From positions 10,907,974 through 10,971,973 of the forward strand of contig NC_057719.1 of NCBI RefSeq assembly GCF_004010195.1: a DNA stretch of 64,000 nt, in the 5' to 3' direction. Position 1 is the stretch's first letter. Every line of letters starts with the position of its first letter. Below are positions 37,132 through 49,740 of the stretch, in pieces. Made by a program: the position numbers and the translations under genes. This stretch comes from Chiloscyllium plagiosum (lineage: Eukaryota). The notes under the pieces are model-generated. The model did not search any database. It was not told the DNA's origin and saw only the letters and a list, made by a program, of their open reading frames with translations.

Positions 37132-37720
37132 GTTAGCGAGGTTTGAGAAGATCATTCCGATGCCTTGGCATCATGATAGCCCACAAACCCACCAACACAC
37201 TAAAATAGCACTAATGAACTTGAAAGACCCTATACAGACAACAAGCAAAACTAATGTTATTTACAAAATACCGTGCAAGGACTGTAACAAACACTACATT
37301 GACAAACAGGCAGAAAACTAGCCACTAGGATACATGAACATCAACTAGCCACAAAATGACATGACCCTCTCTCACTGGTACCCTTACATACAGATAAGGA
37401 AGGACACCACTTTGACTGGGACAACACACCCATCCTAGGACAACCCAAACAGAGACACGCACGAGAATTCCTAGAAGCATGGCATTCCAACCAGAACTCT
37501 ATCAACAAACATATCGAGTTGGACCCAATCTACCACCTCCTGAGAAAAAGAACAGGAAATGACATTGCCACCAGAAATGACATCACCAACCCAAAGAAAC
37601 CCAAACATATAAATAGAAAGCAAAATTATCAACAATGCTTCGCCCGGAAGATGTTATCTAGTAGGGTGACTAAATGTCTGGAAATGATTCTTCCAGCTCA
37701 GTGAGCAAATCTACATCCAC
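37132..37720 (+). mobile_element. Penelope-like retroelement 3' part: GIY-YIG endonuclease pseudogene plus terminal repeat
   Basis: NLKDPIQTTSKTNVIYKIPCKDCNKHYI, then after a frameshift RKLATRIHEHQLA..GHHFDWDNTPILG..REFLEAWHS..INKHIELDPIY; downstream decayed hammerhead-like ggaagatgttatctagtagggtgactaaatgtc. Confidence 0.9.
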
Positions 37721-38364
37721 ATCCTGGATGTTTGAGGTTATATCCCTGGAGTGGGACTTGTGCTTATAACCTTCTGATTCCAGAGAGGATAGGGCAATCA
37801 ACTGACTCAGAACAAACACAAAATAAATAGAAACTGCTCATAATAATGACAGAATGATTGAAAATGAATCTGCGCTATCATGTTCTGTGGTACAGTGGTA
37901 GTGTCCCTACCTCTGGGTGAGAAGGTTCAAGTTCCAACTGCCACAGAGATGCAGCACAATATGTTTTAACATATTAACATAGGATTACATCACCGCCTAC
38001 TAAATTGCTATTGTTTCCTGTCCTGACTCAACCATCAGACTACTTACTTCATAAGACCTAACCCATCCAATTCTACTCATATATTTGGGCTTCTTTAATA
38101 AAACACAGTGATCACATTATGCTACTAGTAAAACCAGCTGTCCCAATAATTTGTTTTTTTCCAGATGTTTCAGTGATTTAGAGACTGTCTAGAGTCTACC
38201 TGCATCTCCCCACTTATGCAGATTCTTTGTGTACACTGAAGCACACTATGGCAGAAAATAGTTTTCATTTATTTAACCCATTTAATGCTGTAAAATAAGC
38301 CGCATGCAAAGGTAAGCAGACAGAGACTGATACCAAACAAAATGGGAAAACATCAATACCAAAA

Positions 38365-38490
38365 CACAGAAAAACTACGGGTGTGAAAATCTGAAACAAA
38401 AACAGAAATTGTTGGAGAAACTCTGCAGGTCTGGCAGCATTTGTGGAGAGAAAGCAGAGTCAAGATTTTGGGTCCAGTGACCCTTCACTA
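38365..38490 (-). mobile_element. Family B arm
   Basis: aacagaaattgttggagaaactctgcaggtctggcagcatttgtggagagaaagcagagt. Confidence 0.7.
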
Positions 38491-38719
38491 TTTGTGAACC
38501 AGATGAGTTTTTACAACAAACACCTTTGGTTATGTTGTTCATCAACTGGAAAAGCATTGTTACTTCCATTTACTGGAAATCTTCCTCTCAGGGATCAGAA
38601 TCCAGTTTGATCACTGATTCTTTCCTCTCAACACTTTTGGAACTGAGATACACCTCCATTCTCACTAGTATCTCTCTCCCCTTTCCAGTTATTATAAACA
38701 GAAAGAGAACTGGGAGCTA

Positions 38720-38910
38720 ATAAAAACAGAAAGTGCTGGAAATACTGGAAGGTCTGGCAGCATCTGAGGAATGAGAAAACAAAGTTAACATTTCACATTG
38801 AATATGAAGTGTCATATTCGATTTGGAACATTAACTCCGCATCTCTTTCTCCATGGAGGCTGTCAGACCTGCTGAGTATTTCCGGCATCCACAATATTTT
38901 ATTTTTGTTC
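38720..38910. mobile_element. Palindromic family B insertion (old)
   Basis: tgctggaaatactggaaggtctggcagc..gctgtcagacctgctgagtatttccggca. Confidence 0.65.
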
Positions 38911-39504
38911 TGAAGCATAATTATTGTTTTAAATTTGCAAGTGTGGCATCTAATTCTGTACAGTAAGAACCCACATACAACAACACCATAATGATCAGAT
39001 AATATATTTCAGTAATTGAGTTGGTTGAGAAGAAAAAATTGTTATTCAGGGCACCCAGGGAGAATTCACCATCTCCTTTTCAAACCATAAGATCTTTAAC
39101 ATCCTTTGCAGAGAAGAGATAAAATGATAGGTTAGGTGTAACTCATCATTCAAAAGGTAGCAGAATAACTGAACAGGATGCTCACTGAAGTCAGCAGCAG
39201 AGGCAATTTCAATGTGTAATTGGTTTGCTCTGTGGGAAGGGAACAGGTTGAAGAAGATAGAGAAATTTAAAGGAATAACCTGCATTTTGGTAGAGCCTTC
39301 TGTGACTCAGGATGTCCCAAACTGCCTCACTGCCAATGAGATACTTTTAAAATAGAGGCACTGTACTAATGTAAGAAATTAAGGCAGTTCATTAAGGCAA
39401 GTTTTTGTCAAAATATTGGGAGAACTCTGCTGCTCTTCAGCAGAGAATGTTGAACCTGGACTACCATGTTTGATTTTGGTCTTCTTATCAAAGAAAGAAA
39501 AAGA

Positions 39505-40920
39505 TGGTCTGGATTATTAATCCAAAAATCTCCCACCTGGGCACCTAATTTTGAATCCTGTCACAGCAGATGATCAAATCTGAATTCAACAAAACTATCT
39601 GGAATTAAGAATCTATTGATGATTGAAGCCTTCGTTGATTGTTGAAAAGAACCCATCTGACTCAATAATGCCCTTTAGGGAAAGAAATTTGCCATCCTTA
39701 TTTAGTCTGGCCTTTCTGTGACTCCAGACCCACAGCAATGTGGTTGACTCTCAACTGCCTTTTGAAATGGCCTAGCAAGCCACTCAGTTGTATCAATTGC
39801 TACAAAATCTCAATAAAAAAATGAAACTGATAGACCACTTGGCATCAACCTAAACACCAGAAAAGACAATAGCAGGAACAGCGCTGTCCACTTTGCAAAG
39901 ACCTCCGCACTAACACTTGGGGGGCTACTACCAAACTTGAAAGAGCTGTCTCACAGACTGGTCAAGGAACAGCCTGACATAGTCATACTTGTTGAATCAC
40001 ACCTTCAAGCCAACACCATCATTTTCCCTGGATATGTTCCATCCCATGGGCAGGACAGACCCAGCAGTAGGACACAGTTGGGAGGGAGTTGCGTTGGGAG
40101 TCCTCAACATTGACTCTGGACCCCATCAAGTCTTACGACATCAGGTTAAATATGGGCAAGGAAACTTCCTGCTGATTATAATGCAGGATCTTCCATCGAT
40201 TGATGAAACAATACTCCGCCACATTGAACAACGCTTGGAGGAAGCGCTGAAGGAGGCAAGGGTATAAAATGTACTCAATGTCCACCTTCAAGAGTAGCTC
40301 GGCAGTAGCACTACTAATCAAGCTGGTCGGGACCTAAAAGACATAGCTGCTAGACTGGGCAGGTAGTGAGGGAACCAACAAGAGGGAAAAACATACTTGA
40401 TTTCATCCTTATCAATCTACTGGCTGCAGATGCAGATACCATCTATGACATCATAAGTAAGAATGACCACCAACAGTCCTTGTGGAGGTGAAGTCCTGCC
40501 TTCACGTTGAGAATACCCCCCATCATGTTGGCACTATCACCATTCTAAATGGAACAGTCTTGAAACAGATCTAGAAACTCAAAACCAGATGTCCATGAGG
40601 TGCTGTAGGCCATCAATAGCAGCAGAATCTGCAACCTCATGGCCTGGTATATCCCCAGTTCAACCATTACCATCAAGCCAGAGATCAACCCTGATTCAAT
40701 GGAGAGTGCAAGAGGACATGCCAGGAACAGTACCTGGCATACCTAAAAATGAGGTGGCAACCTGGTGAAACTACCAAATAGAATTATGTGCATGCCAAAA
40801 CAGCATAAGGAGCAGTTGATCAACAGAGCTAGGTGATCCCACAACCAACAAATCATTTCTAAGCTCTGCAGTCCTGTCATGTCCAGTCATGAAGCAAACA
40901 ACTCAGTGGAGGAGAAGGTT
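39505..40920 (+). mobile_element. LINE family 2 5' region: SINE-like head/UTR plus APE endonuclease pseudogene
   Basis: From ~39922: GLLPNLKELSHRLVKEQPDIVILVESHL..IIFPGY..GQDRP; VREPTRGKNILDFIL at ~40367; NDH at ~40462. These are APE motifs. Confidence 0.85.
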
Positions 40921-40959
40921 CAGCAGGTTTCTTCCTTGGATGTTGGCACTGCCTTATGG

Positions 40960-41378
40960 GAAGCGATTGAAGAAACTGGGCCTGCATTTCTTTGAGTTTT
41001 GAAGAATAAGACATGATCTCATTGAAACAAACACAATTCTGGCAGGTTGTGACAGGATAGGTGTGGATAGGATGCTTCCCATGGTTGGTAAGGCTAGAAC
41101 CAAGAGACAGAACCTCAGACAAGGAGCAAGCTATTTGGGACAGAGTTTAGGAGGAATTTCTTCATTCAGAGAATGACAAATTCCCTCTAAAAGAGGGCTG
41201 CAGTAGCTCAATCATTGATTTCACCATCAAAATCAATAGACTCCTGGAGAGTAATAACATCAAAGGATTTGGAGATAGTGTAGGTAATAAGCAGTCAGGT
41301 AAATCATCAGCCATGACCTAACTCATAGCAAACCAGGATTGACGGGCTGAATGGCCTACTCCTGTTCTTATTTCCTAA
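40960..41378 (+). mobile_element. CR1 3' fragment
   Basis: gatctcattgaaac..aggaatttcttcattcagaga..gggctgaatggcctactcctg. Confidence 0.7.
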
Positions 41379-41524
41379 GTTTATATATCATGAAATGTTA
41401 CATATTTATCCAAGAGGACAGGCATGAGTTTGATGTAATGCTTCATTCAACTGACAGTACCACGGCTCTACAGCACTCACTCAATGCCATACTGGGAGTG
41501 TCAGCTTAAATTAGGTGCTCAGGA

Positions 41525-41850
41525 CTAAAGCAGTCCATGTCCAAACACAACAAGATCTGGACAATATCCAGGCTTGGGCTGTCAAGTGACAAGTAACATT
41601 GGTGCCACACAAATGTCAGGCTAGGACCATCACCAATACAAGACAATCTAACCACCACCCCTGGACATGTAATGGGTGTTACCATCATAGAATTGTCCAC
41701 TGTCAACATCCTGGAGGATTTTAATTGACCAGAAACTCAACTGGACTGATCACATAAACACAGTGGCTACAAGAGAAGGTCAGAGATGAGGAATACTGAG
41801 GCAAGGAACTCACCTCCTGACTCTTCAAACCCCATCAATCATCTACACAA
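41525..41850 (+). mobile_element. LINE family 2 post-RT fragment
   Basis: caacaagatctggacaatatccaggcttgggct (QQDLDNIQAWA). Confidence 0.75.
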
Positions 41851-42867
41851 ATGAATTTTAAAAATGTTTCTGGGATAAATTTTTAAATCAACAACTTCAG
41901 ATTCAGAAGCAAAAATGCTAGCCACTGGTTCAAGGTTTTGTTTTTGGAAGATAGGCAACCTTAAATATATCAGAAAGAAAGAGGTTTGCTAAGCACGATG
42001 TACTTTTGTTAAACTAAGACATTTATTTGCTTAAATATATATCATAAGCTGTGCCTCACAAAAGTGTCTTACTGCATACTGAATGGAGCACAGAGCTCAA
42101 GAGAAAAAATAATCTTTTCTAACCCTCATACTTGTTGATGTTCGAGCAGTTTAACATATTTTAAATTGAAACATCAATCTTTGTGAAAAGGGATATTTTA
42201 GCTGAGCCGCTGGCACATAAATTATTGAATTTGAATTAATATTAAAATGAAAAAGCAATTATCCAATTCACACAAAAGGATAATGTATTTTTAATTTTCC
42301 AACTCTTTCAAATGCACCTTTGGAACGAAGTGGCTGGGGCTGGTAAAACAAAATGATTTACCCTTCGAGTGATGATTGAATAACAGGAGCCTGGTGGGTT
42401 GCCCCTCTGAGTCTAAAATTCTAATTCTAGTCAGGCTAGAGGGATAGAACTCTCTCAAAAACAACAATGTATGTTTGTACAACTCACCTAATGAAGAAAA
42501 CCTCTAAATAGGAGTGATAGCATTGGAAAAGAAACAAATTAAAGGAAAAGATATTAGGAAAGATGACCTAATGCTTGGTCAAAGATGTCAGTCTTAAGGA
42601 GTGTGGTAAAAGAAAAACAGAGAGATAGGGAGCTTATGGCTAAGGGCAGTGGAAACATCTGGGAAAATCTGTATGAGAGACAAGGGGTATGGAAGAAACA
42701 GCAGAGGCAGCTGAATGGATCATCTCCAACTTTGTGATGAGTAGTTTGTCAACTCCTCAAGGATGTGAGGATGGACAGTGGGTTTAGGAAGACAGGTGGA
42801 GAAGAGGAACTGGAGGTTAATCTTTGATTCCTCCTTGAGTTTTGAATGTTTAGCAGCTTTACCAATG

Positions 42868-43040
42868 CAGTCATAGAGATGTACAGAACGGAAACAGACC
42901 CTTCGGTCCAACCCGTCCATGCCGACCAGATATCCCAACCCAATCTAGTCCCACCTGCCAGGACCCGGCCCATATCCCTCCAAACTCTTCCTATTCATAT
43001 ACCTATCCAAATGCCTTTTAAATGTTGCAATTGTACCAGC
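42868..43040 (-). mobile_element. Young HER1 LINE 3' end, inside an older L2-like fragment
   Basis: gtcatagagatgtacagaacggaaacagacccttcggtccaacccgtccatgccgacc, with CpGs retained. Confidence 0.85.
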
Positions 43041-44186
43041 CTCCACCACTTCCTCTGGCAGCTCATTCCATACACGTACCTCCCTCTGCGTGAAAAAGTT
43101 GGGTGGCTGCAGTCATAATCTAACAATATATTAAGTGGTATAGCCAGATCACCAGATGGCGAAATCATTGCCATGGTCATTCGAATCCATACCCCTAGGG
43201 CTATGTGATTGGCGATAGACCAGGGTAAACTATTAGGAGGAGGGAGAGTAAACATTTGAATGAGGATTCCAGCTTTGAAGGTAGCGGAGATGTGATTTAG
43301 TAACTGAGTAGCCGCAAACATGTCATGATTTGTTGGCTAGATGGTCGAGATTTGAAAACACAGTAGTGAATTGCAGGAGAGAATTTCAGAGGAGCGAGTC
43401 CAAAAATGAAGTGGGGTTGGGGAGTCGGGGGGGAGATGGGGAATACAGTAGAACATGACACACGAAAATGATCTCAGATTATCTGATCAATAACAGGAGC
43501 AGCAAGGCCAAGTGAAATGGCAAGACCCAGTTTCTTTTTGTCTACAAGATGACAGCAGAGTAAGGCTCCTGAGCAGGAGCTCATCTGCTCCATCCATTTC
43601 TTTTCTTTTTTCTCTCTCTTTTCTTGTTTTTTTTTTTGCCTTTTGATTTACCTCTTGTCCTTGACAGAGTTGGTGGCGATGAGTGAAGCCAGTGTAGACT
43701 CAATGTGAAGTTCAGCACAGACTCAAATCAAAGCCCCACCCTGGACCTGTGTGCTCCATCTGCTTTTCCTTTTTTTCTTACCCTAACCTTCCTGACCTTC
43801 TGTGGAGAATACCTGTCAGCTTCAGAGGTGGGTGCATTGCCGAGTTTGGCTAACCTGGTCTCACGCCAGCAATACCGTCGGTAAAGGCAAGATGGCGCTG
43901 AAGAATGGCGACATGATTCTGTGGTGGTGGCATTGCAAGGGGACTCGTGTTGGTCGGCGTGGAAAAGTCCTGAATCCAGGCCCACAGCTAAGCACTTAAG
44001 ATTGACTGTAATGCTAAACTTCTAACTTTATTTGTTTAGTTTCTACTTTATACCTCAGACTTTGTACCTAAGATGGTGCCATGAATGGGGCCATTGTACA
44101 CCTTTCACCATACTTGCTGTACGTGAGTACACATGGCAATAAAACATCTTTCTAATTATAATTCTTATGTGAGTGGGAGAGATAAT

Positions 44187-45145
44187 ATAGAGTCATGGAG
44201 TCCTACAGCACAGAGACAGGCCCTTTGGCCCAAACTGGTCCTTCCTGACCAAAATGACCGCCCACGCTAACCCCATTTTCCTGCACTTGGCCCATTTCCT
44301 TCTCGTCCTTTCCTAACCATGTATTTGTCCAAATGCCCAGTAAATGTTGTTAGTGTACTCCCCTCAAACACTTCTACTGGCAGCTCATTGCATATGCCTA
44401 CCACTCTCTGTGTAAAGATGTTGCCCCTCAGGTTCACATTTATTCTTTCCCCTCTAACCTTAAACTGATGCCCTCACCTCCTCGATTCCACAACTCCGGG
44501 AAAAAAACTGAGTGCATTCACCCCATCCATGCCTCTCATGATCTTAGACATTCTTGTCATAGGCCTCAACGTCCTAGCTTGTCCAATCTCTCCCTATAAC
44601 TCAGACTACTGAGTACAGGAAAAGTGCTTGTAAATTTCTTCTGCACTCTTACCAGTTTAATAACAACCTTCTTATAACAAGTTGACCAAAACTGAACACA
44701 ATACTCGCCAATGTCCAGTATAACTGCAACATAACTTCCCAACTTCTATACTCAATGCCCTGACTCATGAAGGCCAGTATGCCAAAAGCCTTCTTCACTG
44801 CCCTGTCTATCTGTGACTCCACTTTCAGAGAACTGTGAACCTGAACTTCAAGATCCTTCTGTTCCACTACTCTCCTTAAGGCCCTAGTATTCACCATGTA
44901 ACTCCTACCTTGATTTGACTTTCCAAAATGCAAGACCGCACACTTATCTATATTAAACTCCATTTGCCATTTCTAGGTCCACTTCCCCAGCTGATCAAGG
45001 TCCTGCTGCAATTTCTGATAACCTTTCCCACTGTCCAGGATACCGCCTACTTTAGTGTCATCAGCAAACTTGCCAATCGTGCCTTTTACATTTTCATCCA
45101 AATCATTGATACAGATAACAAACAGCAATGGATCCAGCACCGACT
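44187..45145 (-). mobile_element. CR1 LINE RT/3' region
   Basis: QESVLDPLLFVICINDLD..GKFADDTKVGG; MEFNIDKCAVLHFG. Confidence 0.9.
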
Positions 45146-46964
45146 CCTGTGTATAAAAAGGTTTCATGAAGAGAGGAGCACAGTAAATGGTGAGCAAGTG
45201 TAGCTGAGTTTGAGATTGAAATCAGTGAAATCAGTCATTCAGTCCAGCAGATGAGAGAAGACAGCAGAGAAGACATATTGCCTGATAGTAGGGAGATGGA
45301 CCAAGGTATGATTTAAAGGTAAGGTTTCCACCACCATATGATGATGAGAGGCTGGTCAGTGGTAGACAGCAGCGTCTGGCAAAGAAGCCTTGTTTCAGGG
45401 AATTAATTAATTAATTCAACTGTATTGTGCATCTCTATCTTCACTCTGATCGTGTGAATGTGCAGGTTTCTTGATAAACTGCTGGGAGTTCATACAACTG
45501 AATGGTTTCAGTGAGCAGTAAGGAGTTAACCACATTGCCGTGGACTGGAGTCACATGTAGTCCAGTGAGAAAATCCACTAAATGAAATTGGTGAATTCCA
45601 AACTGACAGAGCTTTGTAGAAGTTCATTTTTATTGACACCGGATTTTTTTTTAAATTTCCATATGTTTAGGAAAACCTGAGTTCAGATTCTCAAAACTGA
45701 TGTGGTAGCATTTGATCTCAACCCATGAAGTGGTTCAAGTGATGATCTATTAGCAGCAAGGACCTGGCCTGAAATAAGTTTGGGGATCGCTCACTTTCAT
45801 TTCTGTCCCTGTCCTAAAGTGCAAAGCTGACCCTTAATTAACCAGTATGTCGTCTCCTCAATCCGAGGGGCGACAGGATAATTCTGGAATGGGTCTCCTC
45901 TGAGCTTTAACTTGACAGAGTAGCCTCTCATTGAGCTATAGCTAGCCTGGCAATACATGAGCCTAAAACAGAAAGTGTTCCCTTCCAAGGACCTTAGTGA
46001 CAGAGAAAAATGAGCAATAGTTAAAAAGGGAATGTGTTATATCATATGCATTTCCATTGCCCAGTTAAAATACACACTGTGCACGATCCAGGTTCCAGCT
46101 CCAACATAGACATCACTCATCATCTTTCATCTACGTTATGTCACCTTTGTTGCACTTTTCAAACTATACACACAATGGCAGTGCCAGCTGTGTATTGTAT
46201 GGGAGAACCTCGAACCTGATATGGGATTACAGCTAAAGTCGTAATTCAACACTGGGACTCAGAATAAGTCACAGACGCACAAGAGACAGGTTTTGAGTAC
46301 TGAAAATACATTATTTAAGGTTGTGATTAGGTTACTGTGATAAATTTACTGAATGGTGTCAGGTACACCTGAGCAAAGTATTGTTCCATGACTGTTATAT
46401 ACAATGATGCATCTTACTTCCAAATCTTTGACGTATTGAAGTGGCAGTGTTGACGTTAAGTTGGTTCACATGCTGTTTTGTGAGACCATGTCAGACATGA
46501 TGGAGTAATTTTAATCTGATGTGTTGGATGGAAATGCCAGATAATTAGATCGAGGTTGGTGTTACACTATGCCCAAAATTATAGTCCCATTTATTTCAAT
46601 GACAGTTGAAATGGAGGATTACTCTGCATTGCTCCCAACCTTGTTAGTTTCCTGACAGGCGGGTTCACTAAAAAATATCCCCCATGCTTTATTTTGCTGC
46701 ATAAGTATATAACTGGTGAGTCCCTTTGAGGCCACAGGCTCGATTGCAACAGTCACAGTTCATTACACTTGACAGTTTTATGAATAGCAAATTGTAAGTA
46801 GATCTGATCCTAGGCCATAACACAAGAGGTGCAATGTTCAAAGTGAAGCAGGAAGGACAACAGATGTCACATGCAGACTAGGATGATCATCGCTAATCTC
46901 TTGAGGCCTATGACATGAAGGGGGGATTGTTGGTCAGGAAGTGAATTGAGTACGAGATCAAGCA

Positions 46965-47290
46965 CAGTAACTCAGTGGTTAGCACGGCTGCCTCATAATG
47001 CAAGGTACCCAGGTTCAAGTCTAGCCTCAGGCAATTGGCTGTGTGAAGTTTGATTTGGAGATGCTGGTGTTGGGCTGGGGTGTACAAAGTTAAAAATCAC
47101 ACAACACCAGGTTATAGTCCAACAGGTTTAATTGGAAGCACACTAGCTTTCGGAGCACAACTCCTTCATCAGGTGATTGTCCTGTGTGATTTTTAACGGT
47201 GTGAAGTTTGCATACTCTCCCTGCATCTGATCAAGAGATGTGCAAGTTAGGTGGATTGGCTATGCTAAATTGTCCATCGTATTCATAGTG
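46965..47290 (+). mobile_element. HE1-like SINE interrupted by a family C element
   Basis: Head ctcagtggttagcacggctgcctca; V-domain split at gtgtgaagtttg. Confidence 0.75.
47053..47198 (-). mobile_element. Penelope-derived family C insertion with hammerhead motif
   Basis: 12-bp TSD gtgtgaagtttg (47041-47052 / 47199-47210); minus strand CAC-CTGATGA-AGGAGTTGTGCTCC-GAAAGCTA-GTG; 15-bp inverted repeat gttaaaaatcacaca / tgtgtgatttttaac. Confidence 0.8.
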
Positions 47291-48023
47291 TGGTAGACAC
47301 TAGGACACTGAGTAAATTTAAGACTTTTAATGAGTAATGGGTTGAAGGGTTATGGACAGTGGTGTTGAAGTTGAGATGAGTGCAGCCATGATCGTATAAA
47401 ATGGAGGAACAGGATTGAGGGGCTGAATGGCTTACTCCTGCTCCTAGTTCTTATGTTTAACCTTCTATTAATTAGCAATCAGTCTATCTCATCTGTAAAT
47501 TTACTCAGTATCCTGGTAAATACTGCACTCTGGAGCAGGGAATTCCATATGTGCTGCCAGATCTGCTGTGTTTCTCCAGCATTTCTTCATTTTTATTTCA
47601 AATTTCCAGCATTGGCACTAATTTGCCTTTATTCCCTGCCCAATATTGTGTTGTTTGGAGAGCTGACCACTGCTAAAGGGATCAAAGATTCTGTGAAGAC
47701 TGCCTTTCTGAGTATTACAATGATCACTACCATAGGGAAATAAGGCCATAGCTTGTAACACATGGAGATACTTTTGAGTCTGAGTGAAGAACTAGCATGA
47801 AGGAGAATAGGAAGAGATTGAGAGGTTCAATTTTCCTAAGCAGTGACTATACCTACAGCTGCACCCGCTGTTGAAAAATCTGCCAATTACAAATAGGCCT
47901 GACTAACTAGCAGCAGGCCTTAAACCAATGAGTACAACCTCCCCAAAATCTCTGTCAGCAAAGAAATGCACAACATCAGGAAGGACCAGGGAGTGCATGG
48001 TGTCAGGTTTGTTATTTATATAA

Positions 48024-49300
48024 TCATAGAGTCATAGAGATGTACAGCACGGAAACAGACCACTCAGTCCAATTCGTCCATACCAACCAGATATCCTAAA
48101 TTAATTTAGTCTCATTTGCCAGCACCTGGCCCATATCCCTCTAAACCCCTTCCTATTCATATACCTATCCATATGCCTTTTAAATTCTGTAATTGTACCA
48201 GCTTCCACCACTTCTTCTGGCAGCTCATTTTATACAATCACCACCCTCTGCGTGAAAATGTTGCCCCTTATGTTCCTTTTAAATCTTCCCCCTCACACCT
48301 TAAGCCTGTGCTCTCTAGTTCTGGACTCCCCCACCCCTGCTACTCACCCTTTCCATGCTCCTCATGATTTTATAAATCTCTATAAGGTTACCCGGCAGCC
48401 TCTGATGATCCAGGGAAAACAGCCCCAGCCTGTTCAGCCTCTCTCTGTAGCTCCAACCCTCCAACCCTGACAACATCCTTGTAAATCTTTTTTGAACCCT
48501 TTCAAGTTTCACAACATTCTTCCGACAGCAGGGAGACCAGAATTGGACACAGTATTCCAAAAATGGCCGAACTAAGGTCTTGTACAGCCACAACATGACT
48601 TCCCAACTCCTATACTCAATGTACTGACCAATAAAGGCAAGCATACCAAACGCCTTCTTCACTATCCTTTCAAGGAACTATGAACCAGCACTCCAAGGTC
48701 TTTTTGTTCAGCAACACTCCCCAGGATCTTACCATTAACTGTATAAATCCTGTCCTAATTTACCTTCCCAAAATGTAGCACATCACTTTTATCTAAATTA
48801 AACTCCATCTTCCACTCCTCAGCCCAGTGGCCCATCTGATCATGATCCCATTGTACTCTGAGGTAAGCTCCTTCGCTGTCCACTACACCTCCAATTTTGG
48901 AGTCATCTGCAAACTTACTAACCATATCTCCTAAGTTCAAATCCAAATCAATTATATAAATGACGAAAAGCAGTGTATCCAGCACCAATCCTTGTGGCAC
49001 TCCACAGGTCACAGACCTCCAGTCTGAAAAGCAACTCTCCAACATCCCCCTCTGTCTTCTACCTTTGAGCCAGTTCTGTATCCAAATGGCTAGTTCTCCC
49101 TATATTCATGAGACCTAACCTTGCTAACCAGTCTCCCATGGGGAGACTTGTCGAACGACTTACAAAGTCCATATAAGTATAGATCATGTCCACCGCTCTG
49201 CCCTCATCAATCCTCTTTGTCACCTCTTCAAAAAATTCAATCAAATTAGTGAGACATGATTTCCCATGGATAAAGCCGTGTTGACTATCCCGAATCAGTC
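48024..49300 (-). mobile_element. HER1/CR1 LINE RT and 3' end (~1.3 kb)
   Basis: IEFFEEVTKRIDEGRAVD; GVPQGLVLDTLLFVIYI..SKFADDSKIGG; LEYCVQFWSP..KLERVQKRFTRM. Confidence 0.93.
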
Positions 49301-49344
49301 CTACTCAGTGGGATGTCAAGCAGCCAAGGTCATGCTTCAAAGTA

Positions 49345-49740
49345 AAGGCAAAATACTGAGGATGCTGGAAATCTGAAATAAACATAGAATGCTGGAGGAA
49401 CTCAACAGATCTGGAAGCATCAGTGCAGAGAGAAACAGTGTTAACATTTCAAGTCCAGTATCACTCTTCAGAACTGAGTGCGAGTTAAAAGGCTGGGCTA
49501 CTATGTAAATTCAAGATGTGTATGCAGTTTAGTACGCATATTCTTTTAAATAAATGGGAACTTGTTCTATAAATTGTTCCACTTCTTGTTTTTGGGTTAC
49601 ATTTCCTGCCTTAACATTGGCAGAGGGGCCAAAATAAATCCTTTGGAAGACATGTCACACTGGATTTCTCTCTCCTCAGATACAGCCAGATCTGCTGGGT
49701 TTCTCCAGCATTCTCTACGTTTGTTTCACACTTCAGACTA
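49345..49740. mobile_element. Family B arms (49345-49475 and inverted 49660-49740)
   Basis: gctggaggaactcaacagatctggaagc / gccagatctgctgggtttctccagc. Confidence 0.6.
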
